Below, piece by piece: positions 13,390-27,869 of a stretch of DNA of 64,000 bases; the stretch's first letter is position 1, and each line of letters begins with the position of its first letter. A program made the position numbers and the translations under genes. The stretch is from Haliotis cracherodii (Eukaryota), in assembly GCF_022045235.1 (NCBI RefSeq), contig NW_027266330.1:1302001-1366000 (forward strand), given 5' to 3'. The notes under the pieces were generated by a model. It saw nothing but the letters and a program-made list of their open reading frames with translations, had not been told where the DNA came from and ran no database searches.

Positions 13390-13995
13390 GTCACAAAACC
13401 AAAACATTCCTCGTTACAACAGCAGAACTTTCCCGTCACAACACCATAACATTCCTCGTCATAACAGCAGAACTTTCCCGTCACAACACCATAACATTCC
13501 TCGTTACAACAGCAGAGATTTCCCGTCACAACAGCAGAGCTTTCCCGTCACAACAGCAGAGCGTTCCCGTCACAACAACAGAGCGTTCCCGTCACAACAA
13601 CAAAACATTCCTCGTCACAACAGCAAAGCTTTCCAGTCACAACAGCAGAGGTTTCCCATCAATACAGCAGAGCGTTCCCATCACAATAGCAGAACTTTCC
13701 CTCACTACGGCAAGCTTTCCCGTCACTACGGCAGAGCTTTCCCACCACCACAGCAGATTTCTCCCGTCATAACAGCAGAGGTTTCCCGTCACAACTGCAG
13801 AGCTTACCCGTCCAAGCAGCAGAGCTTTCCCACCACAACAGCAGAGCTATGCCGTCACAACAACAGAGCTTTTCCGGCACTACAACAGAGCTTTCCCGTC
13901 ACAACAACAAAAAATTCCCCGTCACAACAGCAGAGCTTACCCGTCCAAACAGCAGAGCTTTCCCGTCACAAGACCAAGGTATTTCTCGTGTCACA
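13390..13995. repeat. Diverged ~22-bp minisatellite
   Basis: CACAACAGCAGAGCTTTCCCGT. Confidence 0.9.
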
Positions 13996-15960
13996 TGTGT
14001 GACAGTGTGTATGCCAATATGTAAGACAGCCACTCGATAAATTGCAAAGAACAATAGAGAACGAAGCGGTGGTTTATTTCACGATACAATCATTGTTCTA
14101 TCATGACGTTACGTCTGGGGACTCGAACATGCGCTCATAACTTGATGACATCGTAAATCGGACGGCGTTTTTTCTGAGAGGGAAGTGTCTTGAGAGTTGT
14201 TCGCCATAGATGTAGCTGGCGACGCAGATAAACGCAATGGCCGAACGATCACATCCAATAGTGGCAGAGATGTGACAATCAGTATAGGGAGAAACGGAAC
14301 AAATGATCTACAAGTAAATTGTGAGAATGTCTGGGAAATAAAATACAACCCCGTTCATAAAATGGACTTATCCGACATTGCCAAAGTCGGATTGTATTCA
14401 GGGAGTCATCATTATTTAAATACGACTCTTGAACGTTGTTTATCGACAACAAAACACTGCAGCGAGAATAAACCACACGAAGCTGCGTCCATAATGCTGT
14501 AGCCTCTCAGCAGTGTTATTGTGTGCGATGAAATGTGTTGTTCACTACCTGTAATTTATTTTTTATTATATCAATCATAAAACCTTGAAGCCGTAATTCC
14601 CCCTACCTAACACACAGGAACGTTTTACAGTTATAGGAGAAATTTACAGTTTATAACCAATCATTTTCAAGAGAATAACCAACGGCAAGAAGCGACATTA
14701 ACTACTTCAATGACCATCTTTCATTATCTTGCCTTGTCCGGATGGAACTAACACGGAATGTAAAAAGGAAGGAAGTCAACAGCTTGTGTACGAGCCAGAC
14801 AGTTACAATTAAGGGAGACAATTTGCGGGGAGGTAACTCTTGTATGACTATAGTTCCGTCAAAGTGTTATGTTACCTGTAGTGAAATGTCAAGCGCTATT
14901 GTCACTGCAACGAAAATATCACTTTTCTCAACTTCAGAAAACTGTCATACCGAAGTAAATAATATAGTGTGTGACTGTTACATCGTATATGTCTGTGTGT
15001 CCATGACGTATATTGTTTGTGACTGTCACGTCGTATATTTCTGTGTTTCCATGACGAATATAGGAACCTATAAATTGTATACAGTTTAGTGTTTCGGTGA
15101 CAAAAATAGCGTGCAACTGTCACAACGTGTCATCTGCTGCACGATCAGATACCAACGTCATGTAATTGCCCTTTGTGATGTAAGGGCAAGTCTTGTGACC
15201 TACATTCCCATCAGAATAGACTTGACTTGTTGGGGAGGTAGACTGACGCTTGCTTCTGATTCCAGGGCGTTCCCTGTGGCGCCGTTTCCCCGCGACCCCA
15301 CCGTCAGCAGTGGAGGCAGCTTCGGCCAATAACGTCTGCCATCAATATTACGAGGAAAACATGTCCAAGTCATTTCTCACACTCGCCAAAAATACGTTTA
15401 GTCTATATTTAGTTAGGAAAAAGACACACTTTTTTTCATAACCATTTAATTTCCTGTAAAATGGTAGCAACAGCATCTCTGATACTCTAGGCCGGTGGGC
15501 GGGGCGAGGTGACCCTTTATCCCGTGGGGTGGGGAGGCGGGGTGGTGGCGTTGTGATGTGCACAGACAACCAGTGGCTGGCGACGGAACAGGATATGACT
15601 TACACAAGGATAGTTAATACTGCACGCGCGACACGGCAGGGGTGTAATAACGGGGTCCACGAGGAAACTTACAATCCAATATACCGTCTACAGACGTAAT
15701 GACCCATTTTAGCCCCCTGATGAGCGGCGAGATAAATGATTTGTGGAAAGAAATAACAAACTGGTTGAAAAGAGACGATTTCGTATAACCTTACATATTA
15801 AACAACAGAGACAAGCACGCTTCTCATTTCAGCAAATTTAAGAGCAGACTTGTAATACCGGTTAATAAAAAGAACAGTTATTTTCTGTGTGATTAAAGTG
15901 CACGCGTGTGTGACAGTAAAGATGCAAGCAGTATCACAAACACTGTCACCTCAGTTGACC

Positions 15961-18703
15961 TCTCCCGTGTGATGGACATGCATGCTGGTGTAAGTCGCTC
16001 TCCCGTGTGATGAACATGCATGCTGGTGTAAGTCGCTCTCCCGTGTGATGGACATGCATGCTGGTGTAAGTCGCTCTCCAGTGTGATGGACATGCATGCT
16101 GGTGTAAGTCGCTCTCCCGTGTGGTGGACATGCATGCTGGTGTAAGTCGCTCTCCCGTGTGATGGACATGCATGCTGGTGTAAGTCGCTCTCCCGTGTGA
16201 GGGACATGCATGCTGGTGTAAGTTGCTCTCCCGTGTGAGGGACATGCATGCTGGTGTAAGTCGCTCTCCCGTGTGATGGACATGCATGCTGGTGTAAGTC
16301 GCTCTCCCGTGTGATGGACATGCATGCTGGTGTAAGTCGCTCTCCCGTGTGAGGGACATGCATGCTGGTGTAAGTCGCTCTCCCGTGTGATGGACATGCA
16401 TGCTGGTGTAAGTCGCTCTCCAGTGTGATGGACATGCATGCTGGTGTAAGTCGCTCTCCCGTGTGGTGGACATGCATGCTGGTGTAAGTCGCTCTCCCGT
16501 GTGATGGACATGCATGCTGGTGTAAGTCGCTCTCCCGTGTGAGGGACATGCATGCTGGTGTAAGTCGCTCTCCCGTGTGATGGACATGCATGCTGGTGTA
16601 AGTCGCTCTCCCGTGTGGTGGACATGCATGCTGGTGTAAGTCGCTCTCCCGTGTGATGGACATGCATGCTGGTGTAAGTCGCTCTCCCGTGTGATGGACA
16701 TGCATGCTGGTGTAAGTCGCTCTCCCGTGTGGTGGACATGCATGCTGGTGAAAGTCGCTCTCCCGTGTGATGGACATGCATGCTGGTGTAAGTCGCTCTC
16801 CCGTGTGATGGACATGCATGCTGGTGTAAGTCGCTCTCCAGTGTGATGGACATGCATGCTGGTGTAAGCCGCTCTCCAGTGTGATGGACATGCATGCTGG
16901 TGTAAGTCGCTCTCCCGTGTGATGGACATGCATGCTGGTGTAAGTCGCTCTCCCGTGTGATGGACATGCATGCTGGTGTAAGTCGCTCTCCCGTGTGATG
17001 GACATGCATGCTGGTGTAAGTCGCTCTCCCGTGTGAGGGACATGCATGCTGGTGTAAGTTGCTCTCCCGTGTGAGGGACATGCATGCTGGTGAAAGTCGC
17101 TCTCCCTTGTGATGGACATGCATGCTGGTGTAAGTCGCTCTCCAGTGTGATGGACATGCATGCTGGTGTAAGTCGCTCTCCCGTGTGATGGACATGCATG
17201 CTGGTGTAAGTCGCTCTCCAGTGTGATGGGCATGCATGCTGGTGTAAGTCGCTCTCCCGTGTGATGGACATGCATGCTGGTGTAAGTCGCTCTCCCGTGT
17301 GATGGACATGCATGCTGGTGTAAGTCGCTCTCCCGTGTGATGGACATGCATGCTGGTGTAAGTCGCTCTCCCGTGTGATGGACATGCATGCTGGTGTAAG
17401 TCGCTCTCCCGTGTGATGGACATGCATGCTGGTGAAAGTCGCTCTCCAGTGTGATGGACATGCATGCTGGTGTAAGCCGCTCTCCCGTGTGATGGACATG
17501 CATGCTGGTGTAAGTCGCTCTCCCGTGTGATGGACATGCATGCTGGTGTATGTCGCTCTCCCGTGTGATGGACATGCATGCTGGTGAAAGTCGCTCTCCC
17601 GTGTGATGGACATGCATGCTGGTGTAAGCCGCTCTCCCGTGTGATGGACATGCATGCTGGTGTAAGTTGCTCTCCAGTGTGATGGACATGCATGCTGGTG
17701 TAAGCCGCTCTCCCGTGTGATGGACATGCATGCTGGTGAAAGTCGCTCTCCCGTGTGATGGACATGCATGCTTGTGTAAGTCGCTCTCCCGTGTGATGGA
17801 CATGCATGCTGGTGTAAGTCGCTCTCCAGTGTGATGGACATGCATGCTGGTGTAAGCCGCTCTCCCGTGTGATGGACATGCATGCTGGTGTAAGCCGCTC
17901 TCCCGTGTGATGGACATGCATGCTGGTGTAAGCCGCTCTCCCGTGTGGTGGACATGCATGCTGGTGTAAGTCGCTCTCCAGTGTGGTGGACATGCATGCT
18001 GCTGTAAGTCGCTCTCCCGTGTGGTGGACATGCATGCTGGTGTAAGCCGCTCTCCCGTGTGATGGACATGCATGCTGGTGTAAGCCGCTCTCCCCGTGTG
18101 ATGGACATGCATGCTGGTGTAAGTCGCTCTCCAGTGTGATGGACATGCATGCTGGTGTAAGTCGCTCTCCCGTGTGATGGACATGCATGCTGGTGTAAGC
18201 CGCTCTCCCGTGTGATGGACATGCATGCTGGTGTAAGTCGCTCTCCAGTGTGGTGGACATGCATGCTGGTGTAAGCCGCTCTCCCGTGTGGTGGACATGC
18301 ATGCTGGTGTAAGTCGCTCTCCAGTGTGATGGACATGCATGCTGGTGTAAGTCGCTCTCCAGTGTGATGGACATGCATGCTGGTGTAAGTCGCTCTCCCG
18401 TGTGGTGGACATGCATGCTGGTGTAAGCCGCTCTCCCGTGTGATGGACATGCATGCTGGTGTAAGTCGCTCTCCCTTGTGATGGACATGCATGCTGGTGT
18501 AAGTCGCTCTCCAGTGTGATGGACATGCATGCTGGTGTAAGCCGCTCTCCAGTGTGATGGACATGCATGCTGGTGTAAGTCGCTCTCCCGTGTGGTGGAC
18601 ATGCATGCTGGTGTAAGCCGCTCTCCCGTGTGATGGACATGCATGCTGGTGTAAGCTGCTCTCCCGTGTGATGGACATGCATGCTGGTGTAAGTCGCTCT
18701 CCC
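15961..18703. repeat. 38-bp minisatellite, ~72 copies
   Basis: TCTCCCGTGTGATGGACATGCATGCTGGTGTAAGTCGC. Confidence 0.97.
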
Positions 18704-19589
18704 GAGGTTCTGGAACACGTGCTGCCTCACTGATAGTATGCACGTGTTTCTACGTTGAGTGGAGGATGCACGGATGGCCATGACGTCCAAGTCGCCAGTC
18801 GCCAGAGAATAATGATCGTAGGTTTGAATCCTGGTTATGTTTCGAGATTTGTCAGCACCGTGCTCGTTGGTTTCACACATCCATCTGACCCACGCGATTA
18901 AACCCGACTAACTCACTCACTCACTCACTCACCCACTCACCCACTCACCCACTCACTCACGCCATCCCTTGTTTGTTGCATGTACGTCGCAAGGCTGCTT
19001 CTTGTGACAACGTTTATCTTCTCAGAGTCTCTATCCAAAGTTCTCACAACCTTAAAATGCATTACAGCTTTCATCACGTTACAAAATACGTAACTTTTAT
19101 CTGATGGCTTTCGTACTCCCATAAAAAAGACCAAGTTAATTATACGTGGAGCAAACCTCCCGAGCTGTACACGAGAAAGGCGCGTGAGTCCAGATACTCC
19201 CAGACGAGCAGTGGTCGTGGTTTTGCTGTGTTTGGCATGTTTGGCTGTCTCCACAGAGAAGCACTCACGCTGATGAGAGTGAGAGCCAGATCGTGCATCC
19301 TGGTGGTGCAGAGTCGCGTACGTAGCCTGTAGCTGCAGGGAGCCCCGTGTGTGCCTCCCCAACGCCATCCCCGACTGCAGCACTTGTCATAATGATGCTC
19401 ACGGAATCATTACATTATCGTCATCAATATTAGATCCGTACATCTGCATCAAAGGATGGATAGCGCAGGGCACTAATCACCACCAGGAGTTGTATCTCCA
19501 CTGGGACTACTCTGTGATTCCCCTTCCCTAACTACTGCCTGTACCTTCCCGCGCGGCTACTCGTCTCCACCTACAGATACTGGCCCCCT

Positions 19590-21400
19590 AGCCCTACCCA
19601 TTCCCTACTCCTCACACACCACACCCTACTACTCACCCACCCACAGACTACTGCTCACCCACCCACAGACTACTGCTCACCCCACCCCACCCTACTCCTC
19701 CCAGACCACACCCTACTACTCACCCACCCACAGACTACTGCTCACCCAACCCCACCCTACTCCTCCCAAACCACTCCCTACTCCTCTCCACCCACTCCTC
19801 ACCCATCCACGCCCTGCTCCTCCCCCACACGCCCTTCCTCCTCACACACCCACATTCTACTCCTCACACACCCACAGACTACTGCTCACCCAACCCCACC
19901 CTACTTCTCCCAAACCACACCCTACTCCTCCCCACCCACTCCTCACACACCACACCCTAATCCTCACCCACCCACATCCTACTCCTCACACCCCCACCCT
20001 ACTCCTTACCAGCCCCTACCCTACTCCTCACACACCCCCACCCTACTCCTTACCCACACACATTCTACTCCTTACCCACCTCTACCCTACTCCTCACCAA
20101 CCAACATCCTAATCCTCCCCAACCAACATCCTACTCCTCACCAACCAACATCCCACTCCTCACCCACCCGCACCCTACTCCTTACCCACACACATCCTAC
20201 TCCTTACCCACCCCTACCCTACTCCTCACCAACCAACATCCTACTCCCCCAACCCCCACCCTACTCCTCACCCACCCACACCCTACTCCTCACACACACT
20301 CCTCACACACACACACACACACCCTACTCCTCACACACACACACCCTACTCCTCACCCACCCACACCCTACTCCTCACCCACCCACACCCTACTCCTCAC
20401 CCACACAGACCCTACTCCTCACACACACAGACCCTACTCCTCACCCACCCACACCCTACTCCTCACACACACACACCCTACTCCTCACACACACAGACCC
20501 TACTCCTCACCCACCCACATACTACTCCTCACACACACAGACCCTACTCCTCACACACACACTCCTCACACACACACTCCTCACACACACACAAACACCC
20601 TACTCCTCACACACCCACACCCTACTCCTCACCCACCAACACCCTACTCCTCACCCACCAACACCCTACTCACCTACCCACACACACCCTACTCCTCACC
20701 CACCAACACCCTACTCCTCACCCAAACACACCCTACTCCTCACACACACACACTACTCCTTACACACACACACCCTACTCCTCACCCACCCACTCCCTAC
20801 TCCTCACACACACTCCTCACACACACACACACCCTACTCCTCACACACACACTACTCCTTACACACACACACCCTACTCCTCACCCACCCACTCCCTACT
20901 CCTCACACACACTCCTCACACACACACCTTACTCCTCACACACACACCTTACTCCTCACACACACACCCTACTCCTCACACACACACACCCTACTCCTCA
21001 CACACACACACACACTCCTCACACACACACACACCCTACTCCTCACCCCATCCTACTCCTTCCCACCCACTCCCCAGTCCATCCCCACCCACACTCTACT
21101 TCTCCACCATCCACACCCTACTCACCCCCACCCACTCCCTGCTCCTCCCACACCCACACCCTACTCCTCATCCACCCACAACCTACTCCTCCCCTATCCA
21201 CAACCTACTCCTCCCCACCCACTCCCTGCTTCTCCCCCACCCACACCCTACTCCTTATCCACCCACACCCTACTCCTCATCCACATACACCCTACTCCTC
21301 ACACACCCACACCCTACTCCTCTACCCACAACGTTCCCCTCACCGACCTACTCCCAACCCAGTTTACCCCCCCCCCCCCCCCCCCATCCTACTCATCCCG
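19590..21400. repeat. C/A-rich degenerate repeat (CACCCTACTCCT core)
   Basis: Almost no G on the + strand for 1.8 kb. Confidence 0.9.
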
Positions 21401-21894
21401 ACCCTGGAGCCCTTTCCTAACTTTCCCACACCAGACTTCACCTCGCCCCCCGACACAGGGGCAGCTGCACTATTTACTGAGGCAACACTTCACTCAACTC
21501 ATTCTAAAAACTGCTCCACATGCTCAAAGGATAATGTCGGAACGGAACGGACATGCCCTCAAGTTTTCCAATTCCTCACAGACTGATTTATGAAAAATAC
21601 AATTAAGGAGTCCCGCTGGCTGTTATCAACATGAATAAGTTTCTTTTGGGAGACCAGCTTGGTATAATCGATACAAGTGTAGAAGTTGTGTAGGGGGCAG
21701 TCAGTAGATGCCACTTCCTGATTCGCACCGGTCCACAGAAACCACCGGTGGTAACTTGCAGTACGTCATTCAGTCTGGCATATCAGCAGTGAATGTAGTA
21801 TAACTCACATGAGTATCTAAGTCTACGGCACCAGGGCTGTTTTCATTGTACTTGCTGACTTCTCATTCGTTAATCCTTTGCAAGAAGTACATAC

Positions 21895-24800
21895 CATGTC
21901 TCATAGTACCTGATAACCCTGTCTCACAATACCTGACAACCCTCTCTCACAGTACCTGACAACCCTGTATCACAGTACCTGACAACCCTGTCTCACATAG
22001 TACCTGACAACCCTGTCTCACAGTACCTGACAACCCTGTCTCACATAGTACCTGACAACCCTGTCTCACAGTACCTGACAATCCTGTCTCACAGTGCCTG
22101 ACAACCCTGTCTCATAGTACCTGACAACCCTGTCTCATAGTACCTGACAACCCTGTCTCACATAGTACCTGACAACCCTGTCTTACAGTACCTGACAACC
22201 CTGTCTCATAGTACCTGACAACCCTGTCTCACATAGTACCTGACAACCCTGTCTCACATAGTACCTGACAACCCTGTCTCAGAGTACCTGACTACCCTGT
22301 CCAACAGTACCCGATAGCCTTGTCTTACAGTACACAAATAACCCTGTCTACAGTCCCCTATAACCCTGTCCTACAGTACCCAATAACCCTGTCTTACAGT
22401 ACCCAATAACCCTGTCCTACAGTACCCAATAACCCTGTCCTACAGTACCCAATAACCCTGTCCTACAGTATCCAATAACCCTGTCTACAGTACCCAATAA
22501 CCCTGTCTTACAGTACCTGACAACCCTGTCTACAGTACCCAATAACCCTGTCTTACAGTATCCAATAACCCTGTCTTACAGTACCCAATAACCCTGTCTT
22601 ACAGTACCCAATAACGCTGTCCAACAGTACCTGACAACCCTGTCTCACAGTACCTGACAACCCTGTCTCACAGTACCTGACAATCCTGTCTCACATAGTA
22701 CCTGACTACCCTGTCTCACAGTACCTGACAACCCTGTCTCACAGTACCTGACAATCCTGTCTCACAGTACCTGACAACCCTGTCTCACATAGTACCTGAC
22801 TACCCTGTATCACTGTACCTGACTACCCTGTCTCACATAGTACATGACAACCCTGTCTCACAGTACCTGACAACCCTGTCTCATAGTACCTGACAACCCT
22901 GTCTCACATAGTACCTGACAACCCTGTCTCACATAGTACCTGACAACCCTGTCTCAGAGTACCTGACAACCCTGTCTCACATAGTACCTGACTACCCTGT
23001 ATCACTGTACCTGACTACCCTGTCTCACATAGTACATGACAACCCTGTCTCACAGTACCTGACAACCCTGTCTCATAGTACCTGACAACCCTGTCTCACA
23101 TAGTACCTGACAACCCTGTCTCACATAGTACCTGACAACCCTGTCTCAGAGTACCTGACAACCCTGTCTCACAGTACCTGACTACCCTGTCCAACAGTAC
23201 CCGATAGCCTTGTCTTACAGTACACAAATAACCCTGTCTACAGTCCCCTATAACCCTGTCCTACAGTACCCAATAACCCTGTCTTACAGTACCCAATAAC
23301 CCTGTCCTACAGTACCCAATAACCCTGTCCTACAGTACCCAATAACCCTGTCCTACAGTATCCAATAACCCTGTCTTACAGTACCCAATAGCCCTGTCCT
23401 ACAGTACCCAATAACCCTGTCCTACAGTATCCAATAACCCTGTCTTACAGTACCCAATAACCCTGTCCTACAGTACCCAAAAACCCTGTCTACAGTACCC
23501 AATAACCCTGTTTAACAGTACCCAATAACCCTGTCTACAGTACCCAAAAACCCTGTCTACAGTACCCAATAACCCTGTCTCAGAGTACCTGACAACCCTG
23601 TCTTACAGTACCCAATAACCCTGTCTACAGTCCCCAATAACGCTGTCCTACAGTACCCAATAACCCTGTCTACAGTCCCCAATAACGCTGTCCTACAGTA
23701 CCCAATAACCCTGTCTACAGTACCCAATAACCCTGCCCTACAGTACCTGACAACCCTGTCTTACAGTACCCCAAAACCCTGTCCTACAGTACCCAATAAC
23801 CCTGTCTTACAGTATCCAATAACCCTGTCCTACAGTACCCAATAACCCTGTCTTACAGTACCCAATAACCCTGTCCTACGGTACCCAATAACCCTGTCCT
23901 ACAGTACCCAATAACCCTGTCTACAGTACCCAAGAACCCTGCCCTACAGTATCCAATAACCCTGTCTTACAGTACCCAATAACCCTGTCCTACAGTACCC
24001 AATAACCCTGTCCTACAGTACCCAATAACCCTGTCCTACAGTATTCAATAACCCTGTCTTACAGTACCCAATAACCCTGTCCTACAGTATCCAATAACCC
24101 TGTCTTACAGTACCCAATAACCCTGTCCTACAGTACCCAATAACCCTGTCCTACAGTACCCGATAACCCTGTCCTACAGTACCCAATAACCCTGTCTACA
24201 GTACCCACTAACCCTGTCTACAGTACCCAATAACCCTCTCCTACAGTCCCCAATAACCCTGTCCTATAGTACCCAATAACCCTGTCTCAGAGTACCTGAC
24301 AACCCTGTCTTACAGTACCCAATAACCCTGTCTACAGTCCCCAATAACGCTGTCCTACAGTACCCAATAACCCTGTCTACAGTCCCCAATAACGCTGTCC
24401 TACAGTACCCAATAACCCTGTCTACAGTACCCAATAACCCTGCCCTACAGTACCTGACAACCCTGTCTTACAGTACCCCAAAACCCTGTCCTACAGTACC
24501 CAATAACCCTGTCTTACAGTATCCAATAACCCTGTCCTACAGTACCCAATAACCCTGTCTTACAGTACCCAATAACCCTGTCCTACGGTACCCAATAACC
24601 CTGTCCTACAGTACCCAATAACCCTGTCTACAGTACCCAAGAACCCTGCCCTACAGTATCCAATAACCCTGTCTTACAGTACCCAATAACCCTGTCCTAC
24701 AGTACCCAATAACCCTGTCCTACAGTACCCAATAACCCTGTCCTACAGTATTCAATAACCCTGTCTTACAGTACCCAATAACCCTGTCCTACAGTATCCA

Positions 24801-25172
24801 ATAACCCTGTCTTACAGTACCCAATAACCCTGTCCTACAGTACCCAATAACCCTGTCCTACAGTACCCAATAACCCTGTCCTACAGTACCCAATAACCCT
24901 GTCTACAGTACCCACTAACCCTGTCTACAGTACCCAATAACCCTCTCCTACAGTCCCCAATAACCCTGTCCTATAGTACCCACTAACCCTGTCCTACAGT
25001 ACCCAATAACCCTGTCTACAGTACCCAATAACCCTGTCCTACAGTACCCAATAACCCTGTCCTACAGTACCCACTAACCCTGTCCTACAGTACCCAATAA
25101 CCCTGTCTTACAGTACCCAATAACCCTGTCCTACGGTACCCAATAACCCTGTCCTACAGTACCCAATAACCC
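21895..25172. repeat. 22-25-bp minisatellite with two subtypes and higher-order blocks
   Basis: CAGTACCTGACAACCCTGTCTCA and CAGTACCCAATAACCCTGTCCTA. Confidence 0.95.
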
Positions 25173-26021
25173 TTCATATAAATAATGATGGTTCAACATA
25201 CTGAGCCTGCAAACGATGTTCATTACCGACCTACGAAACCTTCATAACAGTTCCATACGAGACGATGAGCTATCAGCGAGCAGTGATATCAAAGAGAAGC
25301 AATAACGCGGCAGTTCCTCCCATCTTGATGGAATGTTGTCGTGTAGAGGACCATTGTAATCACACGTAATAAAAGCCTAGAAGTGAGATCCAGTAATTTT
25401 ACCAAATCGCCTTGTTTTAACAAAGCAAAAGTCTGATTGAAAAGCAGCGCCATCTGCCGGTGCTAATGAAGCGTCTAAATTCAATTTACGCTGTCCGTGG
25501 TCCTCCCCTGGTTTCCGGCAGCACAAAGGGCAACAGTCGGCGGTGAACGGAGGACATCGGCTGAGGCTGCCCCACGCTGCGGACGTCGAACAATTGTGAC
25601 GGACACCGTAATAACACGACCAGTTGTTTCCCAGTGCAAGACGTAATCAGCAGAACAGGAGAAGATTTCATAAGCAGAGAACAGTCGCAGTCTCCCGGCT
25701 CACTTGATTACTGTTTCTGGAGTGGATTTCTGCCACTTCAAAGCACATGAAACGCGATATCGGGCCCGACTTGCACGACAACCCCGTCGCCCGGATAGAT
25801 GAGGGGAGAGATAGCCTGGACGTAATTACAACTTATCCAAAGTAGGAAAGTTTCTATTCCTAAAACACGAGTGGGAGAGGGCAGAGGCATCCCCGTGATT
25901 CGGCTCGGTCGTCGGTTAATCAAATACCCACGTTTGTTATACGTGAGCGAGTCTGCCTACTTGCATGAAAACGTCTCAGGAATCATGTCGTGGACATAAG
26001 GATGTAGAAATGAGAGTTGAG

Positions 26022-26925
26022 GTACGGCGTACTTACAGGGGTGATGCAGACGGGGCCGTGATGGCGTACTTAGAGGGGTGATGCAGACGGGGCCGTGATG
26101 ACGTACTTACAGGGGTGATGCAGACGGGGCCGTGATGGCGTACTTACAGGGGTGATGCAGACGGGGCCCTGATGACGTACTTACAGGGGTGATGCAGACG
26201 GTGCCGTGATGGCGTACTTACAGGGGTGATGCAGACGGGGCCCTGATGGCGTACTTACAGGGGTGATGCAGACGGGGCCGTGATGGCGTACTTACAGGGG
26301 TGATGCAGACGGGGCCGTGATGACATACTTACAGGGGTGATGCAGACGGGGCCGTGATGGCGTACTTACAGGGGTGATGCAGACGGGGCCGTGATGACAT
26401 ACTTACAGGGGTCCTGCAGACGGGGCTGCGATGGCGTACTGAGATTCACGGAGTCACGGAGTTGATGTCACCGACAACCAAGTGTGAGAGCTATTAATGT
26501 TAGGGAGCGGTGATAATATACTTAGGGGGTCCTGCAGACGGGGCCGCGATGACGTACATAACTTTTTCCTGCAGACGGGGCCGCGATGACGTACAAAACT
26601 TTTTCCTGCAGACGGGGCCGCGATGACGTACAAAACTTTTTCCTGCAGACGGGGCCGCGATGACGTACATAAATGTTTCCCGCAAACGAGGCCGCCATGA
26701 CCTACTGAAAGGGGTGCTTCAGATGAGGCCGCGATGACCTACTTAATTGGTTGCCTGAAGACAGAGCCGCGATGGGAGTGGTGATGACCTACATAAAGGG
26801 GTCCTGCAAACGGAGACCCGATTACGTACATAAATGTTTCCTCGGACGGGGCTGCGATGACTTACATAAATGTTTCCTGCAGAGAGACGTTCTTAAAGGG
26901 GTTTTGCAGACGGGGCTGCGATGAC
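26022..26925. repeat. 37-bp minisatellite, degenerate after 26500
   Basis: GTACTTACAGGGGTGATGCAGACGGGGCCGTGATGGC. Confidence 0.9.
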
Positions 26926-27869
26926 GACGTTGTAATAGTTGGCATGGCATCAACAGGTATTATGTGATTATTCTATATTTACATAGTTATTGGGGACAGA
27001 GTTAGTATTCCTTAAATATGCTCGGATATATTTATATTTGTTTGCTCCCATCAATATTCCACAGATCAATCTCATGAATGTTTGAACTGATAGTTCATAG
27101 CCTGTATCAGAGCTGTAGAGAGGTGCAGAGTGGGTGCTCGCTTGCCACTTCCCCGTCCCCCCTTCCCCGTCCCCCTCCCCCGTCCCCCTCCCCCTCTCTG
27201 GTCCTGCCTGCTGGATCTGTGCGCTGTTTGTGTGAGATTCACGGAGTCACGGAGCTGATGTCACCGACAACCGAGTCTGAGAGCTATTAATGTTGTAACG
27301 CTAGAAGTCGGCTCCAGTGAACAACATTTTGTATCCCCTAAATTGTCTTGAAGATGTGGGAAAAGCTTGCCTATCAGGAATTAACTAGCATCCCATGTAG
27401 ACAAGCACTTGACAGCACTTACTGTATGAAATGATGGGTTTTACTTGAGGAAGCAGGAGACGTGCTGGAGCCTGGAGGGGAGTCGGACACTCATCCGGAG
27501 ATACCGACTGTACCACGTGCCATTATAGAATAATGAATTGTATGTTTAAATATAAAAAATACAATTTGATTTTCGTCTGAATTTCGGAAGATTTCGTCTG
27601 AATTACTGATATAAGTAGATTTACATTTTAAATTAAGCCGACAATATTTGAGACATGTTTCTCAAAACATATCTCTGACTAAATGTCTGAAGCAAGTCAA
27701 TATTTCTAGAATTTAACTTTAGAATCGTGATTCCAAGTTTGGATTTTCTTTAATCCTCACGTGTTCATATGTACAAAATCGAAAACAAATCCGTTGCAGA
27801 AATATTTCAGTGATACTGCATCCAGTGCCAACACAAAAAGCTTCCTGTTGCTATATGCACGCAGGCAGT

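Noticed and set aside
15120-15329. ORF MAEAASTADGG...
   Set aside because: Begins at TTG, not ATG; no clear splice signals or homology.
15893-18880. Three overlapping 900-1000 aa His/Cys-rich ORFs
   Set aside because: The 38-bp unit has no stop on the minus strand, so all three frames give the same permuted peptide; no splice or domain evidence. These are satellite artefacts.
19269-19332. Possible internal exon on minus (ctgcag...GTGAGT)
   Set aside because: Short pyrimidine tract and no recognisable peptide in any frame; cannot be supported without transcripts.
26410-26490. Possible exon ending at the GTAAGT of the 37-bp array
   Set aside because: TGA stops in all three frames after the candidate acceptor.
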